Origin: an uncultured archaeon | GTDB taxonomy: Archaea > Aenigmatarchaeota > Aenigmatarchaeia > CG10238-14 | Direction of reading: 5' to 3' | Length of the DNA stretch: 64,000 bases | Assembly (NCBI GenBank): GCA_964372465.1 | Contig: CAYJRA010000002.1 | Coordinates: forward strand, 16,024-80,023 | In this document: positions 20,503 to 28,742 of the stretch, in pieces | Position numbering within the stretch: position 1 is the stretch's first letter | Layout: the number at the start of each line of letters is the position of its first letter | Position numbers and translations under genes: made by a program | Notes under the pieces: model-generated | Told to the model about the DNA's origin: nothing | Database searches by the model: none | Seen by the model: the letters and a program-made list of their open reading frames with translations, nothing else

Positions 20503-21600
20503 ATGCCAGTAAATAAAATTGCTGATTTTTCCTTGGAAACGACTCAAATATTAGATGAAAACGGGAATATTGATGAGAACATAATGCCCAAACTTTCTGA
20601 TGGTGATATAAAAGAGCTATATAGATTGATGGTTCAGACAAGAATTTTCGATGAAAAAGCATGGAAATTACAAAGACAGGGTAGAATAAGCACGTATGCT
20701 CCTATTAAAGGACAGGAAGCTAGTGATATCGGTACTTCTTTTGCTTTATCAAAAGATGATTGGATATTTCCAACTTACAGAAACATGGGTGCTTATATTA
20801 CTAGAGGTATGCCAATGGAAAAACTTTTACAATATTGGGGCGGAGATGAGAAAGGCCAGAAGATTCCTGATAATGTTAATACATTTACTTTAGCAATTCC
20901 TGTAGGCACGCAACCATTACATGCAGTTGGTTATGCATGGGCTGCAAAAAAGAGGAAGAAGAATATAGTAGTGTTAACATATATGGGAGAAGCAGCTACA
21001 AGTACCGGTGATTTTCATGAAGCAATGAATTTTGCAGGTGTGTTTAATCTGCCTGTTATATTTGTTGTTGAAAACAATCAATATGCAATTTCTGTCCCAA
21101 GAATCAAACAGACCAGATCCAAAACCATTGCGCAAAAAGCAATTGCGTATGGATTTGATGGCGTTCAGGTCGATGGTAATGATGTTTTTGCCGTGATCAA
21201 AGCGACTAAGGATGCGATTGAGAAAGCCAAACAGGATAAAGGTCCAACACTAATCGAATGCGTAACTTATAGAATTGGCCATCATACAACAGCAGATGAT
21301 TACACTAGATATAGAACAGAGGAAGAAGTTCAAAATTGGGTCCAAAAAGATCCAATTGAAAGATTGAGGAAATATATGGAAAATAAGAAATTATGGACTA
21401 AAGAATTTGGCGATAAAATATTGAAAGAAGCTGAAGAGAATGTCGAAAAGGCGGTTATTGCAATGGAATCATTACCTAAACCAAAACCAGACGAATTCTT
21501 TGATTATGTATTTGCAGAACAAACAAAAAATTTGAAAGAGCAGAGAGAATATTTGCTGAGATCGCTTGAAGAAAGAGAGAAAGAGGTAAGATTCCCTTAG
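20503..21600 (+). CDS. 2-oxoacid (pyruvate/branched-chain) dehydrogenase E1 alpha subunit
   Basis: TPP motif GEAATSTGDFHEAMNFA...VVENNQYAIS, 365 aa. Confidence 0.9.
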   Translation: MPVNKIADFSLETTQILDENGNIDENIMPKLSDGDIKELYRLMVQTRIFDEKAWKLQRQGRISTYAPIKGQEASDIGTSFALSKDDWIFPTYRNMGAYITRGMPMEKLLQYWGGDEKGQKIPDNVNTFTLAIPVGTQPLHAVGYAWAAKKRKKNIVVLTYMGEAATSTGDFHEAMNFAGVFNLPVIFVVENNQYAISVPRIKQTRSKTIAQKAIAYGFDGVQVDGNDVFAVIKATKDAIEKAKQDKGPTLIECVTYRIGHHTTADDYTRYRTEEEVQNWVQKDPIERLRKYMENKKLWTKEFGDKILKEAEENVEKAVIAMESLPKPKPDEFFDYVFAEQTKNLKEQREYLLRSLEEREKEVRFP

Positions 21601-21616
21601 TACACAAGGTGTCGAT

Positions 21617-22594
21617 ATGTCACAAGTGAATATGGTTCAAGCACTAAACCAAGCTTTGTTACAAGAGATGGAGAAAGACGAGAGCGTTTTGGTTTTAGGG
21701 GAAGATGTTGGTATTGATGGCGGAGTATTCAGAGTAACTGAAGGATTGCTGCAAAAATTTGGTGAAGAAAGAATAATAGATACACCATTAAGCGAATCTG
21801 GAATAATAGGCGCAGCAATAGGCATGGCTATTTATGGGTTAAAACCAGTTGCCGAAATTCAGTTCAGTGGGTTCATTTATTCAGCATTTGAACAACTAAT
21901 TTCTCATGCTGCAAGAATAAGAAACAGATCAAGAGGAAGATTTACCTGTCCCCTCGTTGTTAGAACTCCGTGCAGTTGGGTTAGTAGGGGATTGGAACAT
22001 CATGAAGAAAGTACTGAAGCATTATTTATCCACATACCAGGACTGAAGGTTGTGATGCCTTCCAATCCTTATGATGCTAAAGGACTTTTGATATCCTCGA
22101 TTAGAGACCCAGATCCAGTTATTTTTTTCGAACCCCTGAGATTATATCGTGCATTCAAACAAGAAGTCCCAGATGAAAGCTATACTATATCAATAGGTGA
22201 AGCTAAAATCATAAAAGAAGGTACAGATATTACTTTAATTTCTTATGGCGCTATGATGCAATCCGTTTTAGAAGCAGTAGATATATTAAAAAGCAATAAT
22301 ATTAACCCAGAAGTGATTGATCTCAGAACATTATCACCCTTAGATAGAGATACTATCTTAAAATCAATTCAAAAAACAGGAAGATGTGCTATCATCAATG
22401 AAGCACCTTTAACATGTGGGTTGAGTGCAGAAATCTCAGCAACTGTAAACGAAAGGGCACTTCTAAGTCTGGAAGCACCAGTCATTAGAATTACTGGTTT
22501 TGATACTAATGTACCTTTGGCAAAATTAGAGAACAATTATATCCCAGATGTAAGAAGAATAGTAGCCGAAGTCAGAAATTTAATGAAATTTTAA
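21617..22594 (+). CDS. 2-oxoacid dehydrogenase E1 beta subunit
   Basis: GEDVGIDGGVFRVT, IDTPLSESGIIG and PGLKVVMPSNPYDAKGLL, 325 aa. Confidence 0.9.
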   Translation: MSQVNMVQALNQALLQEMEKDESVLVLGEDVGIDGGVFRVTEGLLQKFGEERIIDTPLSESGIIGAAIGMAIYGLKPVAEIQFSGFIYSAFEQLISHAARIRNRSRGRFTCPLVVRTPCSWVSRGLEHHEESTEALFIHIPGLKVVMPSNPYDAKGLLISSIRDPDPVIFFEPLRLYRAFKQEVPDESYTISIGEAKIIKEGTDITLISYGAMMQSVLEAVDILKSNNINPEVIDLRTLSPLDRDTILKSIQKTGRCAIINEAPLTCGLSAEISATVNERALLSLEAPVIRITGFDTNVPLAKLENNYIPDVRRIVAEVRNLMKF

Positions 22595-22595
22595 A

Positions 22596-22955
22596 ATGGT
22601 TCAAATGACAGTTGAAATTTATAAACACGATACAGGTAGGTTATTTATTAGTCATTCGGATAAAAAACTAAGTACGGGTCTGTTACTTCTAAACCCCCAT
22701 ACTGAGTTTCAGAAACACAATAGGTCAGTCCAGGAGCAACTAGTGCAAGTTTTTGGAAGATGTACGATAAAAATTTTTGAAAATGGAAAAATTAAAGAAA
22801 TATCTTTGAAAGAAGGAGGAAAACTAAAAATTAGACCAAACCAGTACCACACCCATTCTAATCCATATGATAATATTTCTATTACTTTGTGGAAATTTGA
22901 GGGAGATATAACAGAGATTATAAGAAACTTAAGAAAAAATCTAAGGAGATTATAA
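22596..22955 (+). CDS. small cupin-like protein embedded in the dehydrogenase operon
   Basis: GGKLKIRPNQYHTHSN fits cupin motif 2 (G-x5-P-x3-H-x-H-x-N). Tight coupling: TAA-n-ATG upstream, TAATG overlap downstream. Confidence 0.5.
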   Translation: MVQMTVEIYKHDTGRLFISHSDKKLSTGLLLLNPHTEFQKHNRSVQEQLVQVFGRCTIKIFENGKIKEISLKEGGKLKIRPNQYHTHSNPYDNISITLWKFEGDITEIIRNLRKNLRRL

Positions 22956-24190
22956 TGTCATTTGAGTTTAAATTTCCAGATGTAGGAGAAGGAATACACG
23001 AAGGTGAATTAGTAAAGTGGTTAGTTAAAGAAGGAGACAAAATAAAAGCAGATCAGCCTATTGCAGAAATAGAGACTGATAAAGCTGTTGTTGAAATACC
23101 TTCTCCAAAAAATGGTGTTGTATTGAGGTTAAACTGGAAACCGGGAGATACTATTAAAGTTGGCGAGATTCTGCTTGTTTTAGGAGAAGAAGGTGAAAAG
23201 GCATCAGAAGTTCAGATAGAAAAACAAGAAATGAAATCTTTGGAAAAAATACAAGAAAAATTAGAAACACCATCAAATATTTTAAAACCTACTATATTTG
23301 CCACACCCGCAACTAAAAAAATAGCTAAGGAGTTGAATATTGATTTATCAAAAGTCGTGGGTACAGGTTCTAATGGGAGAATAACTGATCAAGATGTTAG
23401 AAATTATGCTAATAAAATTCAGAATATTAAACCCGAAATTTCTAAAGAAGAAATAAAGGCACCCAAAATTACTTTTGAAAAATACGGTGAAATTCTAAAA
23501 ATACCATTAAAAGGAATGAGAAAGACAATTGCAGAAAATATGGTTAGATCAAAGTTTACAGCCACTCATGTTACCCACATGGATGAAGTAGACATAACAG
23601 ATTTGGTTAAAGTAAGAGAGAAAGAAAAAAAATTAGCTGAAAATTATGGAATTCATCTCACATTCTTACCTTTTATAATAAAAGCATTATTAGCAGCATT
23701 GAAGGAGCACCCGTATTTGAATTCCAGTTTAGATGAAGAAAAGCAAGAGATTGTTATCAAAAAATATTATAATATAGGAATAGCTGTTCAAACATCAGAT
23801 GGGCTTATGGTACCTGTTGTAAAAAGAGTTGATGATAAAAGCATAATGGAATTAGCTAAGGAAATTCAAGATTTGGCTGAAAAAGCTAAAGCAAGAAGAA
23901 TAGACATAGAGGACATGAAAGGAGGAACATTTACAATAACTAATTACGGATCTATTGGAGGCATATATGGCACGCCAATAATTAATTATCCTGAAGTTGC
24001 TATTTTAGGTGTTGGTAGAATAATAGAAAAACCAGTCGTCAAAAACAAAAAGATAGTTATTAGAAAAATTTTACCATTATCCCTCACATTTGATCATAGA
24101 GTTGTTGATGGCGCTGAAGTAGCTGAATTTATGAATTCTGTTATAAGAAGATTAGAAGATCCTGATACGTTGTTAATGTATGTTGATTAG
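22955..24190 (+). CDS. 2-oxoacid dehydrogenase E2 (dihydrolipoamide acyltransferase)
   Basis: Lipoyl motif IETDKAVVEIPS, subunit-binding domain ATPATKKIAKELNIDLSKVVGTGSNGRIT, catalytic DHRVVDGA. Confidence 0.9.
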   Translation: MSFEFKFPDVGEGIHEGELVKWLVKEGDKIKADQPIAEIETDKAVVEIPSPKNGVVLRLNWKPGDTIKVGEILLVLGEEGEKASEVQIEKQEMKSLEKIQEKLETPSNILKPTIFATPATKKIAKELNIDLSKVVGTGSNGRITDQDVRNYANKIQNIKPEISKEEIKAPKITFEKYGEILKIPLKGMRKTIAENMVRSKFTATHVTHMDEVDITDLVKVREKEKKLAENYGIHLTFLPFIIKALLAALKEHPYLNSSLDEEKQEIVIKKYYNIGIAVQTSDGLMVPVVKRVDDKSIMELAKEIQDLAEKAKARRIDIEDMKGGTFTITNYGSIGGIYGTPIINYPEVAILGVGRIIEKPVVKNKKIVIRKILPLSLTFDHRVVDGAEVAEFMNSVIRRLEDPDTLLMYVD

Positions 24191-24462
24191 TTTCTTTGGC
24201 GTTTGTTTCTTCCGTATAGATACCAACCAGAAATTACTGATAAAGAGCCAAAAACCCCTACAGTATTTGGGATTATTACAGGAAAACTATTGATTTCTAT
24301 ACCATAAAATACCCAAATTATACTACCAAATATAAGAATAAAATAAGTTGTTACTGAGATGTCTTTTGCACTTTTTCTTTTAAATATTTTATAAGCTTGA
24401 AAAAAGCTAGATACGGCCATTATAACTCCAACAAATGTTGCCAATAAAGATAATGTTGTCAT
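24187..24462 (-). CDS. SemiSWEET-like (PQ-loop/MtN3) three-helix transporter
   Basis: 91 aa, three TM helices, FQAYKIFKRKSAKDIS (PQ-loop-like) after TM1. Confidence 0.65.
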   Translation of the reverse strand: MTTLSLLATFVGVIMAVSSFFQAYKIFKRKSAKDISVTTYFILIFGSIIWVFYGIEINSFPVIIPNTVGVFGSLSVISGWYLYGRNKRQRN

Positions 24463-24494
24463 TCTAATGGTTTATGCATGTATTTATATTAACT

Positions 24495-24617
24495 TTAAGG
24501 GTCAGAACAATCTCTGATGAATCCACAGTTTTTACATATTAGTTTGCAGTGTAAACTCAACATAGGCAAAGTGCAAATGTCGCAAAAAAACACGTTTTCG
24601 CTATTTACGTCAAGCAT
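24495..24617 (-). CDS. small zinc-ribbon protein (40 aa), not in ORF track
   Basis: Hand translation MLDVNSENVFFCDICTLPMLSLHCKLICKNCGFIRDCSDP*. CxxC ... CxxC pattern. The ATG lies 1 nt after the stop of the upstream HTH gene. Confidence 0.4.
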   Translation of the reverse strand: MLDVNSENVFFCDICTLPMLSLHCKLICKNCGFIRDCSDP

Positions 24618-24618
24618 T

Positions 24619-24951
24619 TTAATCGATTAAATATTTGTAATCTTCTATAAATTCAGATGAGGATTTTAATAAGGTTTCAATAATTTTTTCATTGCCAAGT
24701 TTTTTATTTGCGATCGATTCAGCAATTTCTAGTCCGGTCTTTGTTAATTTCTCATTATTTAGTATCAATTTTATTTTTTCATCAAAACTTTCTGATAAAT
24801 ATTTGCTTACAACAGGTTGAGTTACTTCTAACGAAATAGCAATATTTTCTTGATTGAAATTGAATTTTTCAAAAAGATTTTTGGCAATAGAAACTCTGAG
24901 TGCAGGTAAAATATATTTTGTAGCTGTTTCACATGGCATTACTATTTTCAT
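24619..24951 (-). CDS. putative HTH transcriptional regulator (archaeal MPCE...-type)
   Basis: 110 aa. MPCETATKYILPALRVSIAKNL plus an HTH-like ENIAISLEVTQPVVSKYL. Confidence 0.55.
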   Translation of the reverse strand: MKIVMPCETATKYILPALRVSIAKNLFEKFNFNQENIAISLEVTQPVVSKYLSESFDEKIKLILNNEKLTKTGLEIAESIANKKLGNEKIIETLLKSSSEFIEDYKYLID

Positions 24952-25053
24952 ATTATACTGTTATATTAGTGAATTTTTAAACATTACTAATTATTATTTT
25001 TTTATAAAACGATTAAATTATTTATACGTTCTACTATAATATTTAATGATCTT

Positions 25054-25248
25054 ATGTGCTTAGAGAAAATCCAAAAATATTGGAGTAAACATGTATATTT
25101 TGCTAACATTGTGCATGTGATCGGTGGTACAGGTTTAGGCCTACTTTTATACAATTTTTTAGAAAAATATAATGCCTTTTATGTGGGTCTTACATTGATA
25201 TTATTTTCCCTACTCGGCCACTTTTACGCATATTTGGCAAAAAAATAA
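25054..25248 (+). CDS. small membrane protein (2 TM)
   Basis: 64-aa ORF with two hydrophobic helices. No family recognised. Confidence 0.4.
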   Translation: MCLEKIQKYWSKHVYFANIVHVIGGTGLGLLLYNFLEKYNAFYVGLTLILFSLLGHFYAYLAKK

Positions 25249-26004
25249 TTATTTTTTATAGAGTTTGAATTGTTTTAATTTTCTCTTAGTTGAAAGAAGA
25301 TATTTTTTAGTTTTTTGTTCTCTTATTACAAACATATCGGCCTTTTCTTCTTCTTTGGCAGAATCGCGGTTGAACCCAGAGATTAAAGAAATCGGAGAAA
25401 ACAACCTTAATATGGAAAAGGAAAATTTAATAATTGAAGACTTCTCTTTTAGATGTGAAAGTTCATGCAACACAACTGATTCTATTTCCATTCTTTTTAG
25501 AATATCTAAAGCACCAACTGATAAAAACACGGCAGATTTAAAACTTTTGAACGAGAATGCTATTGGTTCTGCTTTGTCTAAAGCATATATTTTTGGTGTG
25601 TTGATTTTTAGTTTTTTGGAATATTTTTTGACAAAAAAATACAAATAACCATTTTTTATCTCCCTTTTTTTATTTGTTAATATATACAGAGATGGTATAA
25701 TAAAAAAACCTGATATGGAAGATAATATTAAAGTTGTTGGAATGGCATAAGATACCAACGAGACTATGCTATTATAGCAAGGCATACACGCTGCCCCGCA
25801 TCCTACATGAGTCCCAAACAAAACAAAAGGGAATATAAAAGTTGTTAAATGCGTATATATTAATGAGAGTCTTAATTTGGTTGAAATATTACTTTTTCTT
25901 AGAAAAAAGAAACTTATTAGTGATATTGCTAACGATATTGAAGATATAATAATTTTTTGTGGATCTAATATTAATCCAATAAAACACCCAATTTTTCCAA
26001 TCAT
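25249..26004 (-). CDS. BlaR1/M48-like membrane zinc protease (signal-transducing anti-repressor type)
   Basis: Four to five TM helices, HELSH (HExxH), downstream EEEKAD (ExxAD). Intramembrane Cys cluster GCGAACMPC. Its ATGA overlaps the upstream BlaI-like gene. Confidence 0.7.
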   Translation of the reverse strand: MIGKIGCFIGLILDPQKIIISSISLAISLISFFFLRKSNISTKLRLSLIYTHLTTFIFPFVLFGTHVGCGAACMPCYNSIVSLVSYAIPTTLILSSISGFFIIPSLYILTNKKREIKNGYLYFFVKKYSKKLKINTPKIYALDKAEPIAFSFKSFKSAVFLSVGALDILKRMEIESVVLHELSHLKEKSSIIKFSFSILRLFSPISLISGFNRDSAKEEEKADMFVIREQKTKKYLLSTKRKLKQFKLYKK

Positions 26005-26393
26005 TTATTCCCAACTCTTTTTGAAAATCTTTCATTAAAATAATTGACAGCAGACGGGCCAAAAACATCTATTAATTTGTTTATTGAATTTTCTATTATA
26101 GATTTTTCTAGTTGAGTTTTGTTTTCTGAGGGTGAATATATATAATGAGTTCCACCTCTACCATTTTCTACCTTTCTTTGAACCAACCCCTTTTTGTATA
26201 GTCTATCTAAAATGACGGCAATGCTTGTCAAAGCGACCTTTCTTTTTTTCTTTAACGTGTTGTATATATCTCTGACTTTGGCCTCGTTTTTTTCGAATAG
26301 CGTATTAATTACATCAGATTCTAACGGACTAAGAAAAAATTCTAGACCCTTCCTATCAAATCTTATTTTATTTATGTTAACCATTAATTTCAC
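26001..26393 (-). CDS. BlaI/MecI/CopY-family winged-helix repressor
   Basis: LSPLESDVINTLFEKNEAKVRDIYNTL...LTSIAVILDRLYKKGLVQRKVENGRGGTHYIYSP matches the Penicillinase_R pattern. Confidence 0.8.
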   Translation of the reverse strand: MKLMVNINKIRFDRKGLEFFLSPLESDVINTLFEKNEAKVRDIYNTLKKKRKVALTSIAVILDRLYKKGLVQRKVENGRGGTHYIYSPSENKTQLEKSIIENSINKLIDVFGPSAVNYFNERFSKRVGNK

Positions 26394-26423
26394 ATATAAT
26401 TAATAAATTTAAATATATGAATA

Positions 26424-26440
26424 TTTACAAATTATGTAAA
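26424..26440. promoter_or_regulatory. candidate BlaI-type operator dyad 1 (TTTACA-N5-TGTAAA)
   Basis: Perfect 6-nt inverted arms containing TACA/TGTA, 31 nt upstream of the blaI-like start, in the divergent intergenic region. Confidence 0.45.
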
Positions 26441-26479
26441 GTTATATTTGAATAAGATTTAAATATTTAATATCTAATA

Positions 26480-26496
26480 TTTACAATATTTGTAAG
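26480..26496. promoter_or_regulatory. candidate BlaI-type operator dyad 2 (TTTACA-N5-TGTAAG)
   Basis: Second TACA-N5-TGTA dyad 56 nt from the first, closer to the divergent Cys-rich gene (start 26541). Confidence 0.4.
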
Positions 26497-26540
26497 AGTA
26501 ATATATTAAGTATTTAAAAAAACGTTAATGAAGTGTTTTT

Positions 26541-27239
26541 ATGATAAAAAAAGGCCATAATTTGACATCGCACAAATATTTTTATCATTTTTTAGTCCTA
26601 ATTGTTGGTTTGCTATTATTTAATCAACTAATGACATTGTATGTTTTTTCTAATTTAATTCCAAAAAAAGGACAGGCTGTTGATTTAAAAAATTTAAATA
26701 TAAAAATTGATGGTAAAACAGCTGTAGGCCCGGTTTTGTTATCTGAGGGTGAGTCATCTGTTATATCTGGTTATAAAACCAGGATTAAACCCATGCCAAC
26801 TATAAGTGAAATCCAGATTAAACCATCTACAGGCGACCCGGTTCAAGATTTAATAAACAATATTATTCCTACAGGGAAACCTTTTTATGGTGATGAAGCT
26901 GGCGTAAGTTTTGATGATCCTATAGAATCTTTGCAGGTATGGGGAAGTTACGACAGATCAATTAAGTTATCAGATCAAGAACAAGAGAGATGGAACAAAA
27001 TAACCAATTCATTCACTTGTGACTATTGTTGCGGCTCTCCGTTTAATCCAACAATCATAACAAGATGTGGATGTTCTCACGCAGCGGCTTGGAGAGGAAT
27101 AGCAAAATGGTTTTTGAAGAATTATCCAAAATACACAGATGCTGAAATATTCGGCGAAATGACAAGATGGAAAACACTTTGGTACCCTGGGCCTACAGTA
27201 CAAAGGATTTCTGTTGAGTCTCAAACCCTGGGGGCTTAA
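26541..27239 (+). CDS. membrane-anchored extracytoplasmic Cys-rich protein (C-x2-CC-x11-C-x-C-x-H)
   Basis: One N-terminal TM helix. C-terminal motif CDYCCGSPFNPTIITRCGCSH. No family recognised. Confidence 0.6.
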   Translation: MIKKGHNLTSHKYFYHFLVLIVGLLLFNQLMTLYVFSNLIPKKGQAVDLKNLNIKIDGKTAVGPVLLSEGESSVISGYKTRIKPMPTISEIQIKPSTGDPVQDLINNIIPTGKPFYGDEAGVSFDDPIESLQVWGSYDRSIKLSDQEQERWNKITNSFTCDYCCGSPFNPTIITRCGCSHAAAWRGIAKWFLKNYPKYTDAEIFGEMTRWKTLWYPGPTVQRISVESQTLGA

Positions 27240-27278
27240 TATTTATGTGTTTATTAATAAATTAAAGGAGGTTAGAAA

Positions 27279-27500
27279 ATGAATACAAATTTATTGTTGA
27301 GTGTTTTGATTGGAGCAATGGTATTAGTTTCAGTGTTGCAAGCTATACAATTGTTTAGTCTTCAATCGGCTCTAAGTGGTGGAATATCACTAGGTACTTC
27401 AGGCAGTAAATCTGCAAGTGCTTCATCAAGTGGACAAAGTGGATCGGCTCAATTACCATCCAATTTGGGAAACTTACCTCAGATGGTTGGTGGTTGTTAA
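27279..27500 (+). CDS. 73-aa secreted/anchored Ser-Gly-rich peptide ending in -LPQMVGGC
   Basis: Strong SD (AAAGGAGGT, 7 nt before the ATG). N-terminal hydrophobic helix, low-complexity SGSKSASASSSGQSGS, and a single Cys as the last residue. Confidence 0.65.
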   Translation: MNTNLLLSVLIGAMVLVSVLQAIQLFSLQSALSGGISLGTSGSKSASASSSGQSGSAQLPSNLGNLPQMVGGC

Positions 27501-27522
27501 TTTTTTTATTGGATGATGTTTA

Positions 27523-28704
27523 ATGGCCGATAATAGAAGACATAAGTCTAGAAGCAAGGAACAAAGAATTTCCATAAATTTGGATACGTTATTTTTATTT
27601 TTATTTTTAGCTTTAGTCTTGGCTCAAATTTTTAACTTACTCACCGTTTTTGGTATAACAAACAGAATAAAAGGAGAAACAGATAAACAGAAAGAATTGG
27701 CTAGACCAGCCGATTTAAAACTCATGAAGATTATAGACAGTTCTTGCAAATCATGTTTTGAAATCAATGATATTATAGAAGAAATTAAACAAAAAAATGT
27801 AAAACTTTTGGATGAGAAAACGGTTGAGTTTAATTCTCAAGAAGGCAGAGGCTTTATTTCTAAATATAACATACAAAAAATTCCAGCGTTAATTATAACA
27901 GGTGAAGTTAATAAATCGGTCGATTTGGAAGAATATTTTAAAGAAAATGGAAAGATTGTTGGAAATGATACAAAAATCATTTTATTTACAAATATTAGAC
28001 CACCTTATTTTGATTTAACCAGGAATAAAGTTGCCGGCCTTGTTTCCATAATAAGTATAGTTGATACAGATTGCAAAGAGTGTTCATCTTTAAATAATGT
28101 TTTAGTTGCTTTTAAAGCGTCAAATGTAGAGGTATCAGATACAAAAACAGTAGAATACAATTCAGATGAAGGTCGCGAATTGATAAGGAAATACGAAATT
28201 CAGAGGATCCCAGCTATTGTTATATCGAATGATATAAAAGAATATGAAGATATCTATTTTGCTCTATCCAGACTAAATGTTACTGAAAAAGATGGCAATT
28301 ATGCATTGCACACAATTTCTCCGCCATATTTAGATGTAAAATCGGGAAAGACTATGGGCTTAACAACATTAATAATGTTGAGTGACTCGTCTTGTGATGA
28401 ATGCTATAATGTAACAACTCACAAGTCTATAATACCCAATTTTGGTATAATTATATCAAAAGAATCATCTTATGATATTAGTTCTTCAGAAGGCAAAAAA
28501 TTAGTTGGAAAATATAATATAACAAAGGTCCCAACTATCGTTTTATCTTCAGACGCTAAAGAATATCCACAATTTTTACAAGTTTGGAATTCTGTCGGTA
28601 CAGTTGAAAAAGATAATTGGTTTGTTTTTAGAAAAATAGAAGTCATGGGAACATATAAAGACTTAACGTCAAATGAAGTGGTTGCTCCTCCAGAAGGGCA
28701 ATAA
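27523..28704 (+). CDS. membrane-anchored protein with three tandem thioredoxin-like repeats, each with CxxC
   Basis: N-terminal TM. Repeats of about 105 aa carry SCKSC, DCKEC and SCDEC, each followed by KIPA/RIPA/KVPT (cis-Pro position). Confidence 0.7.
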   Translation: MADNRRHKSRSKEQRISINLDTLFLFLFLALVLAQIFNLLTVFGITNRIKGETDKQKELARPADLKLMKIIDSSCKSCFEINDIIEEIKQKNVKLLDEKTVEFNSQEGRGFISKYNIQKIPALIITGEVNKSVDLEEYFKENGKIVGNDTKIILFTNIRPPYFDLTRNKVAGLVSIISIVDTDCKECSSLNNVLVAFKASNVEVSDTKTVEYNSDEGRELIRKYEIQRIPAIVISNDIKEYEDIYFALSRLNVTEKDGNYALHTISPPYLDVKSGKTMGLTTLIMLSDSSCDECYNVTTHKSIIPNFGIIISKESSYDISSSEGKKLVGKYNITKVPTIVLSSDAKEYPQFLQVWNSVGTVEKDNWFVFRKIEVMGTYKDLTSNEVVAPPEGQ

Positions 28705-28742
28705 CTTAAATAGTTACCTTTTCAAATTTTGTAAAGGATAGC

